From Candidatus Saccharimonadales bacterium (GTDB lineage Bacteria; Patescibacteriota; Saccharimonadia; Saccharimonadales; OMJO01): DNA of 64,000 nt. The stretch lies in NCBI GenBank assembly GCA_035480035.1, contig DATIID010000001.1, positions 137,323 to 201,322 of the forward strand, given 5' to 3'. The notes under the pieces were generated by a model. The model was not told where the DNA came from, did not search any database, and was given only the letters and a program-made list of their open reading frames with translations. Of this stretch, positions 56,770-63,830 are shown in pieces. How positions within the stretch are numbered: position 1 is the first letter of the stretch; each line of letters starts with the position of its first letter. The translations under genes were made by a program, and so were the position numbers.

Positions 56770-58128
56770 TTAATCAAAAGGCGTGGAGCTGTGTTTGGTA
56801 TCAATACTACGAAAACGCTGTTTTTCTCGGTCAAAGTAGAGTTCAGCCGCACCAGTTGGACCATTACGATGTTTCTTTACGAAAATATCTGTTAGGTTTT
56901 TGCGATCGGTATCCGGATTGTAATAATCTTCTCGATAGATAAAGGCCACTACGTCTGCATCTTGTTCAATCGAGCCCGACTCACGTAAGTCGGCCAGCTG
57001 AGGGATTTGTGGACTACGTGATTCTACTGAACGACTTAACTGACTTAGAGCTAGAACTGGCACATTGAGTTCACGGGCTATGCCTTTAAGGCCACGCGAA
57101 ATCTCGGATATTTCTTGTACCCGGTTGCCGTCACCATATGAGCGAGAAGAGCTGCTCATCAGTTGTAAGTAGTCAACAATTATAAGACCTAGTTCACGTT
57201 GATGTGCTTCACGACGGGCCTTGGTGCGGAGATCGCTAACCGTGATACTAGGTGAGTCGTCAATGTAGATCTGTGCTTCACTAAGAGTACCCATTGCCTG
57301 TCCAATTTTTTCAAAATCGGCATCTGTTAAATTACCAGTCCTAAGCGACCAGGCGTCAACACCAGATTCCATGGCCAGCATGCGATCAACCAACTGCTCC
57401 TTACTCATTTCTAAGCTAAATAGCAAGACTGGTAAGCTTGATTGCACGGCAACGTTATGAGCAATATTTAACGCCAAAGCAGTTTTGCCCATCGATGGTC
57501 GGGCGGCCAAAATAACTAAGTCGGAACGCTGTAAGCCAGCAAGAATGCCGTCCAGATCTTTAAAACCAGTCGGTACGCCGCGAATTTTACCCTTGTCTTT
57601 ATGAAGCTCATCTAGACGGTCAAAACTTTCGCTTAAAATCGTTTCCAGGCTAGTAACATCTTGTTTGAGGTGGCGCTGGCTAACTTCAAATAAACTAGTT
57701 TCAGCTTCTTCAATTAATTCTTGCAGGTTCTTGGCTTCGTCAAAGCCTAGGCCAACGATTGTTTCGGAAGCTTTAATTAAACGTCTTCGCAAAGCTTTTT
57801 GACTAACTATTTCGGCATACTGCTCAACATGTGCTGCCGTCGGTACAAAATTGGTTAACTCGGTTAAGTAAGACGACCCACCGACTAAATCTAAAAAACC
57901 AGTATTTTTTAGCTGATCAGTTAATGTTAAAACATCAATCGGACTGCGTTTGTCGTAAAGTGACATAGCTGCTTCAAAAATGCGTTTATGGCGTTCCTCG
58001 TAGAAGTCATCTTTAGTAACTACGTCGGCAATTTTGACAATGGCATCACTATCAATCAGAATGGCGCCGAGTAATGAGGCCTCGGCTTCAGCGTTTTGCG
58101 GCGGAATTTTAGCGACTGTTGGTTCCAT
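56770..58128 (-). CDS. dnaB: replicative DNA helicase DnaB
   Basis: PPQNAEAEASLLGAIL N-terminus and Walker A ARPSMGKTA. 452 aa. Confidence 0.95.
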   Translation of the reverse strand: MEPTVAKIPPQNAEAEASLLGAILIDSDAIVKIADVVTKDDFYEERHKRIFEAAMSLYDKRSPIDVLTLTDQLKNTGFLDLVGGSSYLTELTNFVPTAAHVEQYAEIVSQKALRRRLIKASETIVGLGFDEAKNLQELIEEAETSLFEVSQRHLKQDVTSLETILSESFDRLDELHKDKGKIRGVPTGFKDLDGILAGLQRSDLVILAARPSMGKTALALNIAHNVAVQSSLPVLLFSLEMSKEQLVDRMLAMESGVDAWSLRTGNLTDADFEKIGQAMGTLSEAQIYIDDSPSITVSDLRTKARREAHQRELGLIIVDYLQLMSSSSRSYGDGNRVQEISEISRGLKGIARELNVPVLALSQLSRSVESRSPQIPQLADLRESGSIEQDADVVAFIYREDYYNPDTDRKNLTDIFVKKHRNGPTGAAELYFDREKQRFRSIDTKHSSTPFD

Positions 58129-58150
58129 GCTACTTTTACTTCCCTAACTG

Positions 58151-59566
58151 TTAGGATTCTAGCACCTCAGCGTCACCAAAAATATTGCTTATGGTTGTTA
58201 TAGAATCGCTGGATTTAACTTTTGGTTGATTGATTGATCCATCGGTTTGGTTAACCATGAAGTCAATTTTATAATCGCGTCCGGTTATACGCCGGATGAT
58301 GCCAGCGATTATTTGCTTGTTTTTAGGCTCGTTTAATCGCTTTTGGTGAAAAGCAAATTCAAACTCTAAAATTAAGCTATCTGGCCCAGTTGTGGTTTGG
58401 GCCATTCGGGCAATGCTATATAAAGTATTATGATGTTTTTTAACTTCTTGTAAGACTTTTGGCCAAAGCTCGGTTGGCTCTAAATTTTCTAGATTGGCCG
58501 CTGGTTCATCAATAATTATTTGGTCAGCCGGCTTAAGCTCATCAATTGTTTTTGCGGGTGATTCTGATGGTTGCTTAGATTTAACGGCGGAGCCTGACTT
58601 CATCTCTGGTATTAATGCTGCTTCGACAAGAGCAATTTGTAAGGCTGCTGCTGGATCATGAGATGCTGGCACTTCAATTAATTGACGCATTAGCGTCGTT
58701 AGTTTGTTGTTCGGTAAAGCCAAGCTAGAGTCTAGCATTTCTCGACGAAGTTCATCACTAAGTTGTCTTGCCAATTGTTTTGGTGAGCTGCCGTAATCAA
58801 GTAGCTGACTCAACGAATTGATTACCAAGGCGCTATCATTATCAGACAAGCCATCAATCAACAATTTTATAGCTGACATGGGCGCAATGCCGAGCATTTG
58901 TCTAACCGTGTCCACCTCAAGCTGCCCTGGTGAATTACTCATTTGGTCTAACAAGCTAATACTGTCTCGAAATGAACCATAGCCATGCTCAGCTACTAAC
59001 TTTAGGGCATCATCAGAAATTGCAATTTTTTCATCGTCAGCTAATTGTCGCAAATACTTGGTAGCCGTCTGGTCTTCGATGGGTTTAAAATTGAAACGCT
59101 GGGTCCGACTGACGATGGTTTCAGGTAATTTGTGAGCCTCAGTTGTAGCTAAGATAAAAATTACGTGTTCTGGTGGCTCTTCAAGCGTTTTAAGCAACGC
59201 ATTAAAAGCCTCACGTGTTAGCATATGAACTTCATCTATGATATAGACCTTATACTTAGCACTGGTTGGTGCATTGTGGACCTTTTCACGCAATTCACGA
59301 ATCTCGTCGATTCGGCGATTACTGGCGGCATCAATTTCGATAATATCGAGTGGCGTACTTTGCTCATCGTAAGGCAAACCGTTAACTTCATAAGCCAAAA
59401 TTCGAGCCACACTGGTCTTACCGACACCGCGCGGGCCAGTAAACAAGTAAGCATGGCTAATCCGACCAGTTTTCAAGGCACTGTTCAGCGTCTTGGTAAT
59501 ATGATCCTGTCCAATTACCTCACTTAATTTTTTTGGCCGATGCTTACGGTATAATGCCTGCCCCAT
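58151..59566 (-). CDS. dnaX: DNA polymerase III subunit gamma/tau
   Basis: YRKHRP..., GPRGVGKTS, IIDEVHML, SRTQRF. TATAAT (59581-59576) lies 9 nt upstream of the ATG. Confidence 0.9.
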   Translation of the reverse strand: MGQALYRKHRPKKLSEVIGQDHITKTLNSALKTGRISHAYLFTGPRGVGKTSVARILAYEVNGLPYDEQSTPLDIIEIDAASNRRIDEIRELREKVHNAPTSAKYKVYIIDEVHMLTREAFNALLKTLEEPPEHVIFILATTEAHKLPETIVSRTQRFNFKPIEDQTATKYLRQLADDEKIAISDDALKLVAEHGYGSFRDSISLLDQMSNSPGQLEVDTVRQMLGIAPMSAIKLLIDGLSDNDSALVINSLSQLLDYGSSPKQLARQLSDELRREMLDSSLALPNNKLTTLMRQLIEVPASHDPAAALQIALVEAALIPEMKSGSAVKSKQPSESPAKTIDELKPADQIIIDEPAANLENLEPTELWPKVLQEVKKHHNTLYSIARMAQTTTGPDSLILEFEFAFHQKRLNEPKNKQIIAGIIRRITGRDYKIDFMVNQTDGSINQPKVKSSDSITTISNIFGDAEVLES

Positions 59567-59609
59567 ATAGCCTATATTATACCGCTTGGCTAGCTGTAGG
59601 ACTGTTGTG

Positions 59610-60299
59610 CTATTCGCCTATTGTCGGTGTTTCGAGCGAACTTTTGCTAAAGCCGGTTTCCAAAAAATATTTGGTAGCCGGAAGTTTATTGATAGTCCCG
59701 CCAGCTATCGCTGTCCAACCAATCGTCTCCAAGCCCGCATCGACAAGTCCTGGTGCATGTTTATCGACCATTGATTTCAGCATTAAAGTACCTAGTCCGC
59801 CAACAATCAATGTAGCACCGATTTTCGACTCGTCAGTTGGATGAATTTCGTGCCCCCGCCACTTAGCAGCTAGGCTACCGGTCGCATCAGCTATTTTTGG
59901 TAAAGCTACAGCCGCTGCTGCTGCAGTCGGTATGACGTTAACGTGTTGGAGTACCGCCAAACCAGCCAGCAACTCGACACCATCAGCAGTGACATCAAAG
60001 GCCTCGCCAACCTTACCCTTCGTGCCAGTTACGTCAGCCATTTTACCGTCGGCTACGTCACACAGCTTACCGGCGATAACTTTAGTTGTGCCTATGCCCT
60101 TTTGGCCGTTTGCAAAATCAGCCAAACCATTACTAATTAAGATAAAACCACTAAGTGTAATGGTGTTGCCAACTGTCGCGATACCTTTGGTTTTTTTAGC
60201 AATCTTTTGTAAGACGCTTAATTCATCATTAGCAACACCATCCCAATCATTCTGGTTGCCTTCGATTTGGTGCATTTTTTCAGCACTTCGCCTAAACAT
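59610..60299 (-). CDS. CDP-alcohol phosphatidyltransferase family protein
   Basis: DG(x2)A(x9)G(x3)D(x3)D signature is present as DGKMADVTGTKGKVGEAFDVTAD. Membrane protein. Confidence 0.5.
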   Translation of the reverse strand: MFRRSAEKMHQIEGNQNDWDGVANDELSVLQKIAKKTKGIATVGNTITLSGFILISNGLADFANGQKGIGTTKVIAGKLCDVADGKMADVTGTKGKVGEAFDVTADGVELLAGLAVLQHVNVIPTAAAAAVALPKIADATGSLAAKWRGHEIHPTDESKIGATLIVGGLGTLMLKSMVDKHAPGLVDAGLETIGWTAIAGGTINKLPATKYFLETGFSKSSLETPTIGE

Positions 60300-60305
60300 A
60301 GGTAT

Positions 60306-60314
60306 ATTATACCA
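60306..60314 (-). promoter_or_regulatory. perfect extended -10 (TGgTATAAT), leaderless-type
   Basis: -10 at 60311-60306, then 6 nt to ATG 60299, no SD. Confidence 0.45.
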
Positions 60315-60331
60315 GAATTAACGACCGTTGT

Positions 60332-60841
60332 CTATAAAGCGGCTTCTAGTGCGGCCCATTCAGCGTGTGTGTCATCTTCGGGGATATTGACGCTTACTTG
60401 ATCGCCAGGTTTAGCCTTAAAATAAGTTACACTAGCTAAAAGGACACGGTAGTCTTTACCATTAACGTCAACGAAATAGTGGCCATTCTCTTGTTTAAGG
60501 GCACCGACGACTTGTTTGCGTGGAATTGGTCCAATCTGTTTGTACATGAAGGCGCCGTCATCAGCAATTGTTAATTTCAGAATATCACCTTGAACTAATT
60601 TGGATTTGCTAGCGTAGTTAGCCGGAACGGGGTAAGTTTTACCATCTGAACCAACCATGCTCTGGCCATCAAAAACACCTTCTACAATTTTCCCAAGTGG
60701 TTCGTCTTTAATGTTGGCCGTAATTGTCTCATCTTCGCCAACTACACTAACAAGTAGTTCTTTAGCGGCTGCTAAAGAAGTTTCGGCCTCAGCAATTAAA
60801 GCCTTTAGGCGTTTTATTTGCTTGTCAGGTACATCTGCCAT
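60332..60841 (-). CDS. hypothetical protein (N-terminal coiled coil plus beta-rich C-terminus)
   Basis: 169 aa, directly downstream of rplL. No family recognised. Confidence 0.4.
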   Translation of the reverse strand: MADVPDKQIKRLKALIAEAETSLAAAKELLVSVVGEDETITANIKDEPLGKIVEGVFDGQSMVGSDGKTYPVPANYASKSKLVQGDILKLTIADDGAFMYKQIGPIPRKQVVGALKQENGHYFVDVNGKDYRVLLASVTYFKAKPGDQVSVNIPEDDTHAEWAALEAAL

Positions 60842-60986
60842 TTTATTATTGTTATCTCCCAGTGGGTAAGTTTTTTGTTTACCGTCACCTTAGCCTTACC
60901 GTATCATGGTTGCTACGTCAAGTCAAAACAAAATCCAAGCTGTGGAAAAGGCTGTTATCCAAGGGTCAGGTCAATTTTAGACTAGG

Positions 60987-61448
60987 CTAAGCTAGCTCGA
61001 CTGTTGCGCCAGCTTCTTCTAGTGTTTTCTTGGCGTTTTCGGCGTCGTCTTTTTTAGCTTTTTCTAGAACTGTCTTTGGTGCACCATCGACCAAGGCCTT
61101 GGCTTCACCTAGACCTAAGTTGGTTAGGTCCTTGACGGCTTTAATTACGGCAACCTTTTGAGCACCGGCATCCTTCAAGATAACATCATACTCGGACTTA
61201 GCTTCTTCAACTGGAGCAACATCAGCACCAGGAGCAGCAGCTACAATAGCAGCTGGAGCAGCGGCACTAACGCCCCAATATTCCTCTAAAAATTTAACAA
61301 ACTTACTAATCTCGAGGGCTGACATTTTGTCTAGCTCACTAACTAGTTTTTCAAACTCTTTAGGAGTAGCTACTTTATCAGCTTTTTTCTCAGCCTTCGC
61401 TTCCGCAGCTTCGACTACCGTCTCGTCTTTCTTATCTTCATCCGCCAT
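60987..61448 (-). CDS. rplL: 50S ribosomal protein L7/L12 with ~27-aa charged N-terminal extension
   Basis: The C-terminal domain [18 protein letters not shown]...[10 protein letters not shown] is canonical. AAGGAG SD 7 nt before ATG 61448 supports the long form. Confidence 0.9.
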   Translation of the reverse strand: MADEDKKDETVVEAAEAKAEKKADKVATPKEFEKLVSELDKMSALEISKFVKFLEEYWGVSAAAPAAIVAAAPGADVAPVEEAKSEYDVILKDAGAQKVAVIKAVKDLTNLGLGEAKALVDGAPKTVLEKAKKDDAENAKKTLEEAGATVELA

Positions 61449-61474
61449 AATTTTTCTCCTTTAATTTATACAAT

Positions 61475-62005
61475 TTAATTTAATGATTGGGCTCGGGCAT
61501 TTAAAACTTGTAAAACACCGCGTACATTGCCAGAAACGACATTTACAAAGCCACTTAATGGTGCGGCTAAAGTACCGACCAGCATACCACGCAACTGATC
61601 CTTGCTGGGTAAGCTAGCTAGGGCTTTAACATCATCAGTGCTAATAAAATTACCATCAGCAGTAATAGCTCCGACAAACTGCAGACTCGGTTGAGTTTTG
61701 GCAAAATTCGCAATAACCTGGGCTGGTGCAACTTCATCTTCTGAGTTGAAGGCATATAACAACATACCGTTTAAAGCGCTGATGTCAACATCTTTCAGGT
61801 TATCAGTGCTTTTTAAAGCTTTGATAACTAGGCGATTTTTAACGACCTGTACGGTAGTACCGTTGTCACGAGCTTGCTGGCGCAATTGCTGTAGGGCTTT
61901 AACTGGAGTGCCTTGATAAGCAGTTACGACAGTTAATTTAGAGTCAGCCAGTAACTGGCCAATTTCGGCGACAACTTCATTCTTCTTGTCTTTTGTTAAT
62001 GCCAT
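61475..62005 (-). CDS. rplJ: 50S ribosomal protein L10
   Basis: MALTKDKKNEVVAEI...QLRQQARDNG..VQVVKNRL pattern. 176 aa. Confidence 0.9.
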   Translation of the reverse strand: MALTKDKKNEVVAEIGQLLADSKLTVVTAYQGTPVKALQQLRQQARDNGTTVQVVKNRLVIKALKSTDNLKDVDISALNGMLLYAFNSEDEVAPAQVIANFAKTQPSLQFVGAITADGNFISTDDVKALASLPSKDQLRGMLVGTLAAPLSGFVNVVSGNVRGVLQVLNARAQSLN

Positions 62006-62016
62006 ATAATTAATTC

Positions 62017-62037
62017 CTTTTATCGACCTTTATCGAC
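62017..62037 (-). repeat. tandem direct repeat GTCGATAAAG / GTCGATAAAAG between the leader terminator and the rplJ RBS
   Basis: Read directly. On the plus strand it is CTTTTATCGAC-CTTTATCGAC. Confidence 0.6.
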
Positions 62038-62038
62038 T

Positions 62039-62064
62039 AAAAAAGTCCTTGGTAAACCAAAGAC
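62039..62064 (-). terminator. intrinsic terminator-like hairpin inside the rplJ leader
   Basis: Minus strand: GTCTTTGG-TTTA-CCAAGGAC followed by TTTTTT. The single non-Watson-Crick pair is G.U on the minus strand and C.A on the plus strand. Confidence 0.5.
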
Positions 62065-62144
62065 TTAAACATCATCAATAAATTTATGATTGCCTAGGCG
62101 ACATTATCAAGCTTTTGGCCGTCGCTGTCTTTGGTAACTGGTGA

Positions 62145-62173
62145 ATTATAGGTTATTTTAAGTTATTATTCAA
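62145..62173 (-). promoter_or_regulatory. sigma70-like promoter for rplJL
   Basis: TTGAAT (62173-62168), N17, TATAAT (62150-62145). Confidence 0.5.
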
Positions 62174-62708
62174 GCGTTTCTGTAACTTCAATATCAGTCA
62201 TTGCTTGATGCCCCAATTGATTAGTTAGTCCCGGGTCTTTTTTACGAGGTAAATACTGAAGGTAAAGCTCGGCCAGTGGGCTGCTTTCAATATTTTCTAA
62301 AATTTCCACTTCGGCATCTGAAAAGTCGTCTGGCATTGGCGGATAACCATTAGTCCAACTTAAAATCTTTCGGCTATAGTCTTCCTGATCAACTGGTAGC
62401 ATCATCTCTAATTTTCTATTAAGGATATCGTTAGCTCGAGCCAACAAACCAGCTTGGGTAATTTGGGCATCGCGCAGCTGATCGTTGGTTAAAAACTTAG
62501 TCGGTGCCCGACCGGTCATTAATTGTTGCACACCTTGACTGTAATGAAGCTTTAAAGCCAGATCAGGGTTATACCAAATGAAATCATAATCACATTCATC
62601 CGAAGGCCGGTGAGAGGTTTCGCCAAAAGTATCACCGAATTGATCGCCACCAACTCGGCTTATTCTTCGATCCGGCATATACACTTCCCGGTCAACCAGT
62701 TTTGCCAT
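62166..62708 (-). CDS. hypothetical acidic protein (180 aa)
   Basis: AAGGAG SD 7 nt upstream. No TM. No family recognised. Confidence 0.45.
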   Translation of the reverse strand: MAKLVDREVYMPDRRISRVGGDQFGDTFGETSHRPSDECDYDFIWYNPDLALKLHYSQGVQQLMTGRAPTKFLTNDQLRDAQITQAGLLARANDILNRKLEMMLPVDQEDYSRKILSWTNGYPPMPDDFSDAEVEILENIESSPLAELYLQYLPRKKDPGLTNQLGHQAMTDIEVTETLE

Positions 62709-62726
62709 ACGTGCACTCCTTTCAAT

Positions 62727-62753
62727 AAAAAGCGGCCCTGGCGGGCCGTTTTT
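62727..62753 (-). terminator. GC-rich intrinsic terminator (symmetric, bidirectional-looking)
   Basis: AAAAAG-CGGCCC-TGGC-GGGCCG-TTTTT. It sits 19 nt upstream of the 62708 start codon. Confidence 0.55.
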
Positions 62754-62861
62754 AGTTTGTTGACAATATTCTCTAGGCCCGCAGCTTAGTGCTGGTAATA
62801 ATCGAGTTAATAATGATTATTTGAGCCACGAAAACTATATTGCTCTTTAAAGCTTGGGATG

Positions 62862-63137
62862 TCAACCTGCCGACTCTTCAACAGGTATGACTCTGATTTC
62901 TGATTGGCCGACTACACTACCAACTTGCCATGCCTGATGTGGTACATCCCACCGACTTCTTATTGTTTCTTGATGACTTCCGGTTCTAGTTACACCTGTA
63001 ATCGGATCGTAATCCAAAACCATAGTGTCAGGATCCACATCCATTTCTTCACTGGGCACAACCACTGGCTGTGCTTCTATTTTTTGATTATTTACAAACG
63101 GATCACCACTCCATTCGCCTCTTGCCCATATACTCAT
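62862..63137 (-). CDS. hypothetical protein (91 aa)
   Basis: AAGGAG SD 6 nt upstream. No family recognised. Confidence 0.45.
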   Translation of the reverse strand: MSIWARGEWSGDPFVNNQKIEAQPVVVPSEEMDVDPDTMVLDYDPITGVTRTGSHQETIRSRWDVPHQAWQVGSVVGQSEIRVIPVEESAG

Positions 63138-63154
63138 ATTTTTCTCCTTAAATT

Positions 63155-63180
63155 AAAAACAAGCTTCGTTGAAGCCTGTT
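63155..63180 (-). terminator. intrinsic terminator / attenuator hairpin abutting the RBS of 62862..63137
   Basis: Minus strand: AACAGGCTTC-AAC-GAAGCTTGTT followed by TTT (63157-63155), giving the run TTTTT with the stem's last two T, then AATTTAAGGAG. The one non-canonical pair is G.U on the minus strand and A.C on the plus strand. Confidence 0.5.
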
Positions 63181-63287
63181 ATTTTGGACTGTACTAGCGA
63201 GCTTTAGATGCTCGAGGCTTCAACCATACTGAAGCACAGCCCTTGAAGGCTGAGTAGGAGCTGACTTAACAGGTTGAAAACTTTCAC
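63181..63287 (-). promoter_or_regulatory. leader with alternative hairpins and a 27-codon GTG mini-ORF
   Basis: Segments 63235-63230, 63224-63216 and 63180-63168 can pair 1:2 or 2:3. Mini-ORF GTG 63287 to TAA 63204 (VKVFNLLSQLLLSLQGLCFSMVEASSI). Confidence 0.4.
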
Positions 63288-63294
63288 AAATTGA

Positions 63295-63345
63295 ATCGTA
63301 CCACCAAATTAAGCTATTGACAATAGCTAAGTTTGAGCGTACATT
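63295..63345. promoter_or_regulatory. divergent overlapping promoters sharing a palindromic -35
   Basis: Plus strand: TTGACA (63317-63322), N17, TACATT (63340-63345). Minus strand: TTGTCA (63323-63318), N17, TACGAT (63300-63295). 17-bp perfect palindrome AGCTATTG-A-CAATAGCT at 63312-63328. Confidence 0.5.
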
Positions 63346-63466
63346 CTATGCTCGTGAGTAATTTCAATCATCTTGCCAAGACTACAAGTAACCGTATGTA
63401 CGGTTTCATTGTAATTGGCTAATGATTGGAGTTCCGCGAGACTAAAAAAATAAGCAAATCAAATCA
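63346..63466 (+). promoter_or_regulatory. structured leader (long irregular hairpin 63361-63432) with a GTG mini-ORF
   Basis: Helices are 63361-71/63422-32, 63375-79/63415-19, 63383-87/63409-13 and 63390-95/63400-05. GGAGTTCCG (63428-36) can alternatively pair with the terminator 5' arm. Mini-ORF GTG 63354 to TAA 63422. Confidence 0.4.
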
Positions 63467-63499
63467 CCGGACTCCAAACCAAAGGAGTCCGGTTTTTTT
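63467..63499 (+). terminator. strong intrinsic terminator immediately upstream of an RBS
   Basis: CCGGACTCC-AAACCAAA-GGAGTCCGG followed by TTTTTTT, then AAGGAG and ATG 63514. Confidence 0.75.
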
Positions 63500-63513
63500 A
63501 AGGAGAAGCAAAA

Positions 63514-63830
63514 TGGCTAAAGTGAGACGACAAAGATTTGACAATTTTGAACATTCTGCCAAAGATTTGGCAAGGGTCAGACTTGATTATAGTCGCGACG
63601 GAACATTCGACCTGGATTTAATGGAGGGTGTGTCCCAGTTTGCCCACGCTTTAGGCGTCTGTGCTATGTCAAAAGGACAGGGTTCCAGTCGTGCTCGACT
63701 AGAAGCCTTATCAATGAGAGCTATGCAAAACGCCGACAATGATTGGTCTACTTTGGCGGACCAATCTCAACAAATTGTAGTTGACGAATCTCCAACTGAG
63801 AGTATATTAGGGAATCGAGAACAGCAATGA
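63514..63830 (+). CDS. hypothetical protein (105 aa)
   Basis: AAGGAG SD 7 nt before ATG 63514. The track's 63426 start would read through the terminator and is rejected. Confidence 0.5.

Larger units (their letters stand above)
62006..62138 (-). promoter_or_regulatory. rplJ 5' leader (L10-leader-like attenuator candidate)
   Basis: About 130-nt leader downstream of the promoter at 62173-62145. It contains an intrinsic terminator and a tandem repeat before the AAGGAA RBS. Confidence 0.4.

Noticed and set aside
63426-63513. Upstream TTG start for the 63426..63830 ORF
   Set aside because: It would translate through a strong intrinsic terminator (63467-63499). ATG 63514 has a well-spaced AAGGAG site.
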